Source: a virus (taxonomy: Duplodnaviria > Caudoviricetes). From it: DNA of 25,217 nt. A model generated the notes under the pieces. That model was given only the letters and a program-made list of their open reading frames with translations. It did no database searches and was not told the origin of the DNA. Made by a program: the position numbers and the translations under genes. This document shows positions 1-9,288 of the stretch, piece after piece; the stretch's first letter is position 1, and the number at the start of each line of letters is the position of its first letter. The stretch lies in IMG/VR virus record IMGVR_UViG_3300020042_006369, positions 1 to 25,217 of that record; one strand, written 5' to 3'.

Positions 1-17
1 ATTTGGTTGGCAAATTC

Positions 18-75
18 GCGTGTGATGGGTTTCAAACTTGCCCGTGGTTTGGACCCATCACACGCACCACGGGCA
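18..75 (+). other. Intergenic hairpin with an alternative pairing (candidate structured RNA or terminator)
   Basis: GCGTGTGATGGGT (18-30) pairs perfectly with ACCCATCACACGC (53-65), and the stem extends through TCAAAC/GTTTGG. Positions 39-48 (TGCCCGTGGT) are also the exact reverse complement of 66-75 (ACCACGGGCA). Confidence 0.6.
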
Positions 76-97
76 CACAACAACAGGGGAAAAACTT

Positions 98-1333
98 ATG
101 GGCAAGAAACAACGCAGTGTTCAACACAACGGACGAACAACAACACGCAAACCGGCTGACCCGGTTGGTGTTCTCATTCATTCAAACGCACCGTGGGCGA
201 ATACCGGCTACGGGGTGCAAACAGGGGCATTGGCGAAAGCCTGCCAACAGGCAGGGCGCACCGTCACCCTGTCAGTGAACTACGGGTTGCAAGGTGGCAT
301 ATCAGGTTGGGAAGGCATCGAAGTGCTGCCCACCGGATTCCATCCTTACAGTGCCGACATCATCGGCGCACATACCCGGTACACAGAAGAAACAACCGGA
401 CAACCAACAGCGTTGATCACACTGTTTGATTGTTGGGTGTACAAAGGACGCGACTGCAACACCATTCCGGTGATTGCATCATGGGTGCCCATTGATCATT
501 TGCCTGCACCCGCAGACGTGATTGATTGGTGCCAACAACCAAACGTGTTGCCTATTGCAATGTCAAAGTTTGGTTTGGACATGCTGAACAAAGCGGGTAT
601 TGAATCGTTTTATGCACCGCACGGGGTGGACACTTCAGTGTTCAACCCTGATGCAACCATTGACGGCACCCCCGGACGTATCGCGTTGGGCATTCCTGAT
701 GACGCGTTTGTTGTTGGGATGGTTGCCGCCAACAAAGGGACCGCACCAATTCGCAAAGCGTTTGGTGAGAACCTTTTGGCAATGGGGCAGTTCATGGCTG
801 AACATGATGATGTTTGGTTGTACATGCACAGTGAAAAACGTGGTGCGCAGGGCGGCATTGATCTGATCAGGTTGATGGATGCATGTGGCATTCCCACCAA
901 CCGCACAGTGTGGGTTGACCAGTGGGGCTACTACGCAGGTTTGTCATCTGATGTGATTGCCGCATTGATGGCATCAATGGATGTTCATTTGTTGGCATCA
1001 CGCGGTGAAGGTTTCGGTGTGCCTGTGTTAGAGGCCGCCGCCTGTGGTGTGCCATCGATTGTTTCCAACTTTACGGCACAACCTGAATTGGTTGAAGGTT
1101 CAGGTTGGTTGACTGCCGTGCAACCGTATTGGGATGCGGCACAGGGAACATGGTTTGCCACACCGCTGGTGCATTCAATTGTTGAAAATTTGAATGACGC
1201 ATATGAACATGCAAACGACAGAGACCGCCGACAGGCTGCCCGTGCGTACGCTGAAACATATGACCACGCCATTGTGTTTGAAAAGTATTGGCAACCAATC
1301 CTTTCCCACATTGATGAACTGATGGCGAAATGA
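98..1333 (+). CDS. Glycosyltransferase, GT-B fold (GT4 / Glycos_transf_1-like)
   Basis: C-terminal SRGEGFGVPVLEAAACGVP carries the E-x7-E GT4 motif. N-terminal SNAPWANTGYG, PHGVD and RK motifs are present. Start set at ATG 98 behind the AGGGGA RBS (85-90). Confidence 0.9.
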   Translation: MGKKQRSVQHNGRTTTRKPADPVGVLIHSNAPWANTGYGVQTGALAKACQQAGRTVTLSVNYGLQGGISGWEGIEVLPTGFHPYSADIIGAHTRYTEETTGQPTALITLFDCWVYKGRDCNTIPVIASWVPIDHLPAPADVIDWCQQPNVLPIAMSKFGLDMLNKAGIESFYAPHGVDTSVFNPDATIDGTPGRIALGIPDDAFVVGMVAANKGTAPIRKAFGENLLAMGQFMAEHDDVWLYMHSEKRGAQGGIDLIRLMDACGIPTNRTVWVDQWGYYAGLSSDVIAALMASMDVHLLASRGEGFGVPVLEAAACGVPSIVSNFTAQPELVEGSGWLTAVQPYWDAAQGTWFATPLVHSIVENLNDAYEHANDRDRRQAARAYAETYDHAIVFEKYWQPILSHIDELMAK

Positions 1334-1875
1334 GTATCGCGCAAATCCCGTGGGGATTGTTGGGGCAACGGTTGGATGCGTTTGAACGCATCACTGCAAT
1401 GTTGAAACCTGATTGTGTGATTGTTGAAACCGGCACTGTACGGTTGGCAGGCAATTGGGGTGGTGATGGGCAGTCAACTGTTGTTTGGAATGCTTACGCT
1501 GAACAGTTGGGTGGGCATGTCACAACAATTGATTTGGACCCGGTTGGTGCTGAATTGGTTGAACAGTTGGGTTTGACCAGTACAACGGCAATCACTGGTG
1601 ATTCATTGCAGGTGTTGCAAAATCTCGAGATTTCGCACATCAACTTTTTGTATTTGGATTCATATGATGTGGACTGGTCCAACCCCGAACCGGCAGCGGC
1701 ACATCATTTGGCTGAACTGAAAATTGTTTGGCCACTACTGCAACCCGGTTCAATTGTGGCCGTTGACGATAATCGAAACGGACATGGAAAAGGTGAACAG
1801 GTTGCAGCGCACATGGCTGCACTAGGGGTTCCCGAAATCATCAGCGGATACGTTCGCGCATGGAAGGTGCAATGA
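1330..1875 (+). CDS. Class I SAM-dependent methyltransferase (Methyltransf_24-like)
   Basis: IVETGT (motif I), TTIDLD, GDS, FLYLDS and IVAVDD motifs. ATGA overlap with the glycosyltransferase. Confidence 0.8.
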   Translation: MSIAQIPWGLLGQRLDAFERITAMLKPDCVIVETGTVRLAGNWGGDGQSTVVWNAYAEQLGGHVTTIDLDPVGAELVEQLGLTSTTAITGDSLQVLQNLEISHINFLYLDSYDVDWSNPEPAAAHHLAELKIVWPLLQPGSIVAVDDNRNGHGKGEQVAAHMAALGVPEIISGYVRAWKVQ

Positions 1876-2475
1876 ATGGCAATCACAAACGGATATTGCA
1901 CACTCGCTGAATTGAAAGCGGTGATGCGCGTTGCAGATTCAGTTGATGACATACTGCTGGAATCACGAATCAGTGAGGCCTCACGGGTAATTGATCAGCA
2001 TTGTGATCGCAGGTTTTACGCTGACGCAACAGCAACGGCACGGGTGTATGTGGCGAACGCATCGGATGTTGTTTTTGTTGATGACATTTCAACCGTCACA
2101 GGTTTGGTTGTGAAAACAGACAGCACAGGCGACGGCACCTACCCCACCACACTGACGGCATCACAGTTTCAAAGTGAACCATTGAATGCCACGGCAAAGG
2201 GTTTGCCAGTCACATCAATTCGTGGCACCGCCACCGGTGTGTTCCCAACTACTGCTGCCCCGGCTGGTGTGCAGGTCACAGCCCGTTGGGGTTGGCCTGC
2301 CGTACCTGAACCGGTCAAATCGGCTTGCATTCTTTTGGCAGGTAGATTGGTGAAACGTGGTGATTCCCTTTTGGGTGTTGCCGGGTTTGGGGATTTGGGT
2401 GCCATCACAGTCAGGGCAATTGACCCTGATGTTGAGCGCATGTTGCGCCCCTACCGCATCGCAGTGGTTGCCTAA
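1876..2475 (+). CDS. Head-to-tail adaptor/connector protein
   Basis: N-terminal NGYCTLAELK, ASRVIDQHCDRRFY, VTARWGWPAVPEPVKSAC and C-terminal DPDVERMLRPYR are typical of actinophage gp6/gp15-like adaptors. It is the first gene of the tail block. Confidence 0.8.
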   Translation: MAITNGYCTLAELKAVMRVADSVDDILLESRISEASRVIDQHCDRRFYADATATARVYVANASDVVFVDDISTVTGLVVKTDSTGDGTYPTTLTASQFQSEPLNATAKGLPVTSIRGTATGVFPTTAAPAGVQVTARWGWPAVPEPVKSACILLAGRLVKRGDSLLGVAGFGDLGAITVRAIDPDVERMLRPYRIAVVA

Positions 2476-2882
2476 TGGCAGGCAACGGTTCAGACCTTCA
2501 AACCGCATTGGCCACAGCATTGGCAACCATTCCCGGTTTGCGTGTCGCAGACCATTTGCCTGAACAGGTTTCACCGCCAATGGCAGTGATCCAATTGCAA
2601 TCAGTTACATACCACCGTGCAATGCGTGGCGGTTTGTCTGAATGGCGTTATGTGATCTCACTGATTGCAGGGCGCATGGGTGACCGTGCCGCACAACGCC
2701 AGTTGGATGCATGGCTTTCATACGGTGACGCGCAATCAGTGCGTGCCGCAATTGAAGCGGACCCCAAACTAGGGGGCAAATGTTCAACATTGATTGTTGA
2801 AGAAATGGTGAGCGTGCGCCCGCTAACAATTGGTGATGCCGCCTACACCACCTGTGAATTCAATCTAACCGTTCACGCCTAG
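2475..2882 (+). CDS. Probable tail terminator / tail completion protein
   Basis: 135 aa, lies between the adaptor and the major tail protein, and has a SVRAAIEADPKLGG motif. TAATG overlap with the upstream gene. Confidence 0.6.
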   Translation: MAGNGSDLQTALATALATIPGLRVADHLPEQVSPPMAVIQLQSVTYHRAMRGGLSEWRYVISLIAGRMGDRAAQRQLDAWLSYGDAQSVRAAIEADPKLGGKCSTLIVEEMVSVRPLTIGDAAYTTCEFNLTVHA

Positions 2883-2894
2883 AAAGGGACAAAC

Positions 2895-3068
2895 GTGAAG
2901 GAATACAAAATCGTTGGCAATCACAATGTGGTTGGTCACGAACCCGGCAGCATCATCAGTGATGATGACCTTGCCGCAGTTGATGTGCAACATCTGATTG
3001 ATGCAGGACACATCACACCAGTATCCAAAGCGGTCAAGGCCGCGCCCGTCACCAATGAAAAGGACTGA
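2895..3068 (+). CDS. Small hypothetical protein (57 aa, not in the ORF track)
   Basis: GTG start after an AAAGGGA RBS. Translates to MKEYKIVGNHNVVGHEPGSIISDDDLAAVDVQHLIDAGHITPVSKAVKAAPVTNEKD and fills the gap before the major tail gene. Confidence 0.75.
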   Translation: MKEYKIVGNHNVVGHEPGSIISDDDLAAVDVQHLIDAGHITPVSKAVKAAPVTNEKD

Positions 3069-3074
3069 GCCAAA

Positions 3075-3482
3075 ATGCCTCAGGTAATTACAAATGCAGC
3101 AGTCACCATCGGTGGCGTTGATCTCTCGCAGCACATCACAAAGGTCACGTTGTCATCAACGCGCGCCGAAATCGAAACCACCACGTTCGGCAACACTGCC
3201 AAGCGTCGTGTTGGTGGACTCGCTGACAACAGTGTTTCCATTGATTTCAACAATGACTACACCGGTGCAGGCAGCGTTGAAGCCACCCTGTACCCGCTAC
3301 TTGGCAGCACTGCACAGGTTGTTGTGAAGCCGAACGGCACCACAACCGGAACTGCGAATCCTGCCTACACCTTCAATGTGTTGGTGACTGAATGGATGCC
3401 ACTGGATGCACAGGTTGGCGAACTGACCACTGCATCAATCACTTGGCCGGTTGACGGCACCATCGCAAAGGCGACCGCCTAA
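3075..3482 (+). CDS. Major tail (tube) protein
   Basis: Thr-rich beta-type sequence (VTIGGVDLSQHITKVTL, IETTTFG, GGL.D.SVSIDF, GELTTASITWPV). AAAGGA RBS. Lies upstream of the chaperone and tape measure. Confidence 0.8.
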   Translation: MPQVITNAAVTIGGVDLSQHITKVTLSSTRAEIETTTFGNTAKRRVGGLADNSVSIDFNNDYTGAGSVEATLYPLLGSTAQVVVKPNGTTTGTANPAYTFNVLVTEWMPLDAQVGELTTASITWPVDGTIAKATA

Positions 3483-3484
3483 TC

Positions 3485-3760
3485 ATGGCCGCGTTGATGC
3501 GCTTACGGGTCATACCTTCTGAGGGTGAAGCGTATGATGTGAATGTCACACCACTGGTGATTGTGTCTGCTGAACGTCAGTTTGGTAAGGGCATGCAACA
3601 GTTGTTTGGGGAATCAGCGTCGTATGAAGCGTTGTGTTGGGCCGCATGGAAAGCCTCACATGTTTCCGGTCATGTTGTGAAGCCGTTTGATGAATGGTTG
3701 CAGGGCATTGACAGCATTGAAGCCGGTGAGGTTGAACGCGTCCCTTTGGCGAATCCATGA
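3485..3760 (+). CDS. Tail assembly chaperone (gpG analogue)
   Basis: Follows the tail tube gene and has an in-frame slippery heptamer near its 3' end. Confidence 0.75.
   Translation: MAALMRLRVIPSEGEAYDVNVTPLVIVSAERQFGKGMQQLFGESASYEALCWAAWKASHVSGHVVKPFDEWLQGIDSIEAGEVERVPLANP
3742..3748 (+). other. -1 programmed ribosomal frameshift site (C CCT TTG)
   Basis: X XXY YYZ heptamer in the correct phase (codons GTC CCT TTG). The -1 frame stays open to TAG at 3888. Confidence 0.75.
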
Positions 3761-3888
3761 CATTGCTGGTGGCGCAGGTCGCTGTTGCCACCAGCATTTC
3801 CCCTGTTGATTTGTTGAACACGCCACCGGATATTTTTTTTGCAATGGTTGGTTTGTTGAAACAGCAGGCACGCGAAAGGTCACGCTAG
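3757..3888 (+). CDS. Tail assembly chaperone frameshift extension (gpT analogue, not in the ORF track)
   Basis: -1 frame ORF MTLLVAQVAVATSISPVDLLNTPPDIFFAMVGLLKQQARERSR, most likely expressed as the G-T fusion 3485-3888. Confidence 0.7.
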   Translation: MTLLVAQVAVATSISPVDLLNTPPDIFFAMVGLLKQQARERSR

Positions 3889-3897
3889 GAAATCGTC

Positions 3898-4488
3898 ATG
3901 GCATCAAGACCCAAACCGTCATTCAAAGCGAAAGCGCAGGCAGATTTTACCGGGCGTTCCGGTTGGGATTTGGATGGTGCGTTGTACAACTACGCTGAAA
4001 CAAAAGCGTTGATGAAAGAAACAGCACCCGAATTGCGCAGGGCGATGGATAAGCAAATCCGCGCGACTCTCAGCCCTATTGCGAAACGTGCTAAATCGTT
4101 TGTGCCTGATCAACCGTTGTCAGGTTGGAACTACGGCAGTGCAGGGCAACGCTACATGGATAGCCGTTTGCCGTTTTGGAATGCTGACCTTGCTAAACGT
4201 GGCATTGCAGTCAGGCAAGGCGGCAGACGTTCCAAAGGTGCAGTGACACAGGCGGCATGGAAAATTGCAAACAGTTCCGGTGCCGGTGCAGCGTTTGAAA
4301 CAGCAGGGCGTGGCCCGTCCACACATGCGTTTGTTCAAGCCATTCAAAACCAACATGGCAAACCGTCACGTTTGATTTGGCGTGCATGGGATGAAGCCGG
4401 TGGTGAAAAAGAAATCACCACAAAAGTTGTTGCAACAATCAAAGAATCAGAATCGCTACTGCAAACGCAGTTGAACGCAATGAGATAG
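3898..4488 (+). CDS. Putative neck/tail-completion protein (HK97 gp10-like)
   Basis: Basic helical 196 aa protein (ELRRAMDKQIR, GAAFETAG, PSRLIWRAWD) just upstream of the tape measure. The family call is tentative. Confidence 0.45.
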   Translation: MASRPKPSFKAKAQADFTGRSGWDLDGALYNYAETKALMKETAPELRRAMDKQIRATLSPIAKRAKSFVPDQPLSGWNYGSAGQRYMDSRLPFWNADLAKRGIAVRQGGRRSKGAVTQAAWKIANSSGAGAAFETAGRGPSTHAFVQAIQNQHGKPSRLIWRAWDEAGGEKEITTKVVATIKESESLLQTQLNAMR

Positions 4489-4497
4489 GGGCCAGTC

Positions 4498-6684
4498 ATG
4501 GCTGTTGTGCTGAACGTCATTTCGACCTTCAACGATAAGGGACTGAAAAGCGCAACGAATGAACTGGACAAGTTCAGCAAGGCCACCACTGAAAAGTTGA
4601 GCACAACCACCAAAGCAATGGGTGCGGTTGGGTTTGGCATTCTCGCCGGTGCCGGCGCAGTCGGTGCGGGGTTGTATCAAATCGGTTCATCATTTGATGA
4701 AGCGTTTGATGCAATCCGAACGGGGACCGGGGCAACCGGTCCTGCGTTGGAAGCATTGCAAAACGATATGAAAGCGGTTGCCAGTGCAGTGCCTGCATCG
4801 TTCGCTGATGCTGGTGCAGCGGTCACAGGGTTCAATCAAAAACTTGGGTTGACCGGTGAACCGTTGCAGTTGCTTTCTGAACAGGCATTGGAACTGTCAC
4901 GCATTACCGGCACGGAACTAGCGGGCAATGTCCAATCCATCACCAATGTCATGCAAAACTTCGGTGTGTCTACTGGTGAGCAGTCCGGCAAACTTGATTT
5001 GCTGTTCAGGGCCTCGCAGAAATCCGGCATTTCAGTTGCAGATTTGTCATCACAAATGTCCGGTGCCGGTGTTGTGTTGCGTCAGGTTGGTTTGGATTTC
5101 GACCAGTCCGCCGCATTCCTCGCGACACTTGGCAAGGCCGGAATTGATGCATCAGATGTGATGCCTGCCCTGTCAAAAACGTTGGCGACCGCAGCCAAAA
5201 GCGGCAAGGATGCAACCGCAGTTTTCAATGACACATTCAATGCAATCAAAAATGCGCCAACTGATGTTGATGCCGCAGGTGTTGCGTTGGATGTGTTCGG
5301 GGCTAAGGCTGGCCCGAAGTTTGCCGCAATGATTCGTGAGGGCAAACTTTCCTATCAGGACATGTTGACCAGTTTGCAGGGCGGCAGTGAAACCATTTTG
5401 GGTGCCGGTGCAGACACACAAGATTTTGGTGAGAAACTGACGGTTTTGAAGAACCGTGTTTTTGTCGCGCTTGAACCGATTGCAACCAAAGTGTTCAACG
5501 CCATTGGTGATGCAATGGACCGGGTTGGTCCGAAGGTTGAACAACTGACGAACTGGATGATGGAACACAAAACGGTGATGACGATTGTTGCCGGTGTGTT
5601 GGGTGGTGTGATGCTGATTGCATTGGCCGCATACACCGCCGGAATGATTGCCGCTGCCGCTGCAACGATTGCAGCGGGCGCACCGTTCATTGCAATTGGT
5701 GCAGCCATTGCCGCAGTTGTCGCCGCAATCATTTACCTGTGGACCAATTGGGATCAGGTTTGGAACTGGATTATGGAACACAAAGCAATTGCGGCAATCA
5801 TCGCAATACTTGGTGGGCCAATCCTTGTTCCAATTTTTGCGTTGGTTGCGGCAGGCAAATTTCTTTGGGCTAACTGGAAAACAATTTGGAAGGGAATTCA
5901 AACCACGGTTGCAGTTGCATGGTCTGTGTTGCAAACAATTTGGGGCGTACTAGTTGCCGCTGTTGAAACCATTTGGAATGCCATGCAATTCTTGTGGGAT
6001 GTCGCACAAAATGTGTGGACGGGAATTGTCACGGCAATCAAATTTGCGTGGTCTGTGATTCAAACAATTTGGGGTGCCATACAAACCGCCATCACAATCC
6101 TTGTGAACTACTACCAATTCCTGTGGGAAGTTGTGAACACAGTGTGGTCAGCAATCACCGGTGCAATTGGTGCAGCGTGGGGGTTCATCTCCGGTGTGTT
6201 TGAACGAATCAAGGGCGGCATCTACGATGTCATTATGTGGTTTCTGAGTATCCCTGAAACCATCGGTGGCATTGGTCGCGGTATCGCTGAAGCAATTGGC
6301 AACGGTTTCAAATCCGCATGGAACACCGTGGCCAATTTTGTCAATGGCATCATTCCCGACAGTGTTGGATTCAGTGCATTGGGCTATGACGTTGGCATCG
6401 ATCTGCCCGACAACCCAATCCCAACGTTTGCAACAGGCGGCATTTTCAACACATCGATGGCAGGCGGTTCAGGCCTCGCAGTTCTGCACGATAACGAAAT
6501 GATCCTGAATGCACAGCAACAGAAAGCGTTGTTCGGTGGCAAGGGATTAGGCGGTGGCGGTGGTGTGTACAACATCAATGTGAATGTGTCCGCTACTGCT
6601 GACAAAGCGGCGATTGGGCAAACCATTGTTGAAGCGATTTCAGCGTATGAACGTCGTGCCGGTGACGGGTGGCGGGCAGCATGA
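4498..6684 (+). CDS. Tape measure protein
   Basis: 728 aa, Ala/Gly-rich and helical, with hydrophobic segments, periodic Trp repeats (about aa 415-570) and a C-terminal FATGG...LAVLHDNEMIL motif. Canonical position. Confidence 0.95.
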   Translation: MAVVLNVISTFNDKGLKSATNELDKFSKATTEKLSTTTKAMGAVGFGILAGAGAVGAGLYQIGSSFDEAFDAIRTGTGATGPALEALQNDMKAVASAVPASFADAGAAVTGFNQKLGLTGEPLQLLSEQALELSRITGTELAGNVQSITNVMQNFGVSTGEQSGKLDLLFRASQKSGISVADLSSQMSGAGVVLRQVGLDFDQSAAFLATLGKAGIDASDVMPALSKTLATAAKSGKDATAVFNDTFNAIKNAPTDVDAAGVALDVFGAKAGPKFAAMIREGKLSYQDMLTSLQGGSETILGAGADTQDFGEKLTVLKNRVFVALEPIATKVFNAIGDAMDRVGPKVEQLTNWMMEHKTVMTIVAGVLGGVMLIALAAYTAGMIAAAAATIAAGAPFIAIGAAIAAVVAAIIYLWTNWDQVWNWIMEHKAIAAIIAILGGPILVPIFALVAAGKFLWANWKTIWKGIQTTVAVAWSVLQTIWGVLVAAVETIWNAMQFLWDVAQNVWTGIVTAIKFAWSVIQTIWGAIQTAITILVNYYQFLWEVVNTVWSAITGAIGAAWGFISGVFERIKGGIYDVIMWFLSIPETIGGIGRGIAEAIGNGFKSAWNTVANFVNGIIPDSVGFSALGYDVGIDLPDNPIPTFATGGIFNTSMAGGSGLAVLHDNEMILNAQQQKALFGGKGLGGGGGVYNINVNVSATADKAAIGQTIVEAISAYERRAGDGWRAA

Positions 6685-8639
6685 CCGCAACCCTGATTGA
6701 TGGTGTTGTGTTCACAGTTGAAATTGGGTTCAGTACCGCAGCCGGAACCAACCGGGTGCCGTTGGGTTCAACCCTCGCATCAATCAACTGGACAGATGTG
6801 AGCGCATATGTGCGCAACGTGTCCACCAGTCGGGGCCGTTCATCAGAACTAGACACATTCCAAACCGGGTCTGCATCAATCACATTGTCAAACGCTGACC
6901 GCAGGTTTGACCCTGAACACACGGCAGGCCCGTACTACGGGGCATTGACCCCGTTGCGCCCTGTTCGTATCCGTGCCCAATATGGTGCGGGTGCAACCAC
7001 CAACCTGTTCTTTGGTTGGATTGAACAGTGGCCGCAAACCTATGACAACCCAACTGATGCCACGGTGACTGTCACCGCATCGGATGGGTTCAAAGTTTTG
7101 AACCTGCTGACATTGCCATCAGAATGGGCCTACCGGGTTTTGTCTGATGTGCGCGTTGGCTATTGGTTGCGCATGGATGACGGCACATCATCGGCAGTGT
7201 TTGATTCATTCAACAACCGCAAGTTTGGTGACTACAAAACCCTTGCCGGTGCAGCATCATCAGGTGTTTCCACTGACGGTTTGGTTGCCAATGATGACAA
7301 CCCGGCTGCCGTGTTCGATGGCACAAAGTATGTTCAGGGCAATGTTGTTGGTGCTGTCACTGCAATCAACTTTTGGATGCAAACATCAACCACCACTGCC
7401 GGTTCATACGCCATTGTCACGTTCCCTGACAACCTGCCTAGTTGTTTGGGCATGGATGTCACTGCCGGTGGTGTTGGCACGTTGCGTTTCACCAAAGCGC
7501 AAACATCTTTTGGAACACCAAATCAGGCGGTTTCATACACATCAACAGTTCAAATCAATGATGGCAAACCGCATCACATTGTGTTGAATGTTGATGATCA
7601 AGAATTTGCCGGGGACTCACTTTACATTGACGGCACACGGGTCACGTTGACGGCAGGCGCGTCCGGTGATTATGACGGGCCCACAAACCAGTTTGGTGTT
7701 GCCCGCCCCTATCAGGGTTCAGCAACGTCAGGCACAAATTTTGCCAGTGCGTTCATTGGCACGTTGGATGAATTGGTTGTGTACGCAATCACAACAATCC
7801 CAATTGAGTATGTGTACGCAACTGATGTGACAACCAACTACCAAATTGGTGCTGGCACATATCTTGCCAATCAACGCACTGATCAGCGCATCAGCACAGT
7901 GTTGACAATGGCGCAGTGGATGACAGACGGCACCGATTTGGCGACAGGTTCCGGCACAGTGCAAGCCATCGCGACACAAAACAAAACCCCGTTGGCAGTT
8001 GCTCAGGAATGTGAAGCCGCTGAACAGGGCAGGTTGTTTGTTGACCGTGACGGCAAAGTTGAATTCATTAGCCGCAACGCCTTTGCCACAACATCGACAT
8101 ACAACACCAGCCAATACACGTTTGGTGATTCAACCGGTGAATTGGGTTACACCAGTTTGCAGTTTGAATTCAATGACCGGCTGATTTTCAACCGGTCGGT
8201 TGTTGGTCGCAGGGACGGTGCAACCGCCATTGTCAATGACACCACATCACAAGGTGAATATTTTATTCGCACCAGTGATGTCACTGATTTGATTGTGGAC
8301 ACTGACCAGCAAATTGTTGACATTGCAAACGCGCGCGTGTCTGCGTATGCGCAACCAAAGTTGCGTGTTGAACAGTTGACGTTCACGCCACGGCAGTCAC
8401 CGGCAAGTTTGTATCCGGTTGCTATTGGTGTTGAGATTGGCACACGCATCACGGTGAATCGCCGCCCGCAGGGTGTGGGTTCATTGATTTCAAAACAGGT
8501 GATTGTTGAGGGCATCAATCACACCATCACACCTGATGGTTGGGAAACTACTTTCACGCTTTCACCTGTGTTTGTTGCAACATTCATTTTGGATTCGGCC
8601 ACGTTTGGTGTGTTGGATTCAAACCAGTTGGGCTATTGA
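6681..8639 (+). CDS. Minor tail / baseplate protein with an internal LamG/ConA-like lectin domain
   Basis: N-terminal WTDVSAYVR..RGRSSELD..G.A.I.L.N.D.RF. Central YWLRMDD...NDGKPHHIV...LYIDG...FIGTLDELVVY is LamG-like. C-terminal hub-like region (GRLFVDRDG, VEGINHTITPDGW). ATGA overlap with the tape measure stop. Confidence 0.8.
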   Translation: MTATLIDGVVFTVEIGFSTAAGTNRVPLGSTLASINWTDVSAYVRNVSTSRGRSSELDTFQTGSASITLSNADRRFDPEHTAGPYYGALTPLRPVRIRAQYGAGATTNLFFGWIEQWPQTYDNPTDATVTVTASDGFKVLNLLTLPSEWAYRVLSDVRVGYWLRMDDGTSSAVFDSFNNRKFGDYKTLAGAASSGVSTDGLVANDDNPAAVFDGTKYVQGNVVGAVTAINFWMQTSTTTAGSYAIVTFPDNLPSCLGMDVTAGGVGTLRFTKAQTSFGTPNQAVSYTSTVQINDGKPHHIVLNVDDQEFAGDSLYIDGTRVTLTAGASGDYDGPTNQFGVARPYQGSATSGTNFASAFIGTLDELVVYAITTIPIEYVYATDVTTNYQIGAGTYLANQRTDQRISTVLTMAQWMTDGTDLATGSGTVQAIATQNKTPLAVAQECEAAEQGRLFVDRDGKVEFISRNAFATTSTYNTSQYTFGDSTGELGYTSLQFEFNDRLIFNRSVVGRRDGATAIVNDTTSQGEYFIRTSDVTDLIVDTDQQIVDIANARVSAYAQPKLRVEQLTFTPRQSPASLYPVAIGVEIGTRITVNRRPQGVGSLISKQVIVEGINHTITPDGWETTFTLSPVFVATFILDSATFGVLDSNQLGY

Positions 8640-8652
8640 TAAGGGGCAACCT

Positions 8653-9288
8653 ATGGGTTCCGGTTTTCGCACGTTCGCCGCATCGGAAGTTTTGACATCA
8701 TCGAATGTTCAAAACTATTTGATGGATCAGGCCGTGACCGTTCACGGTTCAACCGCAATTTTGGGAACCGCTATCGCGTCACCTGAAGCGGGCATGGTTG
8801 CTTATGTTGACAGCGGTGACAGCAGTGAGGGCCTTTACACGCACACAGGTAGTGCGTGGGTGAAGGGTCCGGGTTGGAACGCACCGTTTGGTTTGATTGC
8901 ACGAAATCAAGCGTTGGGTGCAGGCACATCAACATCCGGCACAACTGAAACAGCAGTGTTCACCAGTGCATCATTCACTGCATTGGCGAATCGATACTAC
9001 CGGGTCAACATTTCAACAACCTTGACCGCTACCGCTGGCGACACATACACCATGCGAATCCGACAGGACAGCACATCGGGAACAGTTTGGTGGGGTGGCA
9101 ACATCACGTTTGCAACTGGTCAAACAAAACTGAATGTTCATGTGATGGGTTCCAACACTTTCACCGCCGGAAGCCACACAATTCTTTTGACGTTGCAACG
9201 CACGGCAGGTGTTTCCGCGCAAATCGGCACATTGGAATATGTGAACATGACTGTTGAAGATGTTGGCCCGTCAGGCGCACCGGCGTAA
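8653..9288 (+). CDS. Minor tail protein / short tail fibre
   Basis: N-terminal GFRTFAASEVLTSSNVQNYLMDQ and SPEAGMVAY, then a beta-rich C-terminus ending in VEDVGP. Start follows an AAGGGG RBS. Confidence 0.7.
   Translation: MGSGFRTFAASEVLTSSNVQNYLMDQAVTVHGSTAILGTAIASPEAGMVAYVDSGDSSEGLYTHTGSAWVKGPGWNAPFGLIARNQALGAGTSTSGTTETAVFTSASFTALANRYYRVNISTTLTATAGDTYTMRIRQDSTSGTVWWGGNITFATGQTKLNVHVMGSNTFTAGSHTILLTLQRTAGVSAQIGTLEYVNMTVEDVGPSGAPA

Noticed and set aside
38-97. TTG start at 38 for the glycosyltransferase, as in the ORF track
   Set aside because: It lies inside the hairpin with no RBS, whereas ATG 98 has an AGGGGA RBS.
3833-3840. T8 run as a second slippage or phase-variation site
   Set aside because: It simply encodes Ile-Phe-Phe in the chaperone extension, and the CCCTTTG site already explains the two frames.
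5173-5934. 253 aa minus-strand ORF, and similar ones such as 18794-19369, 15526-16092, 11822-12346 and 23968-24492
   Set aside because: These are shadow ORFs opposite well-supported + strand genes, with no motifs. Low TAA/TAG frequency makes long antisense frames common here.
5740-6210. Periodic TGG-containing repeats in the tape measure gene
   Set aside because: These are ordinary Trp-periodic tape measure repeats at the protein level.
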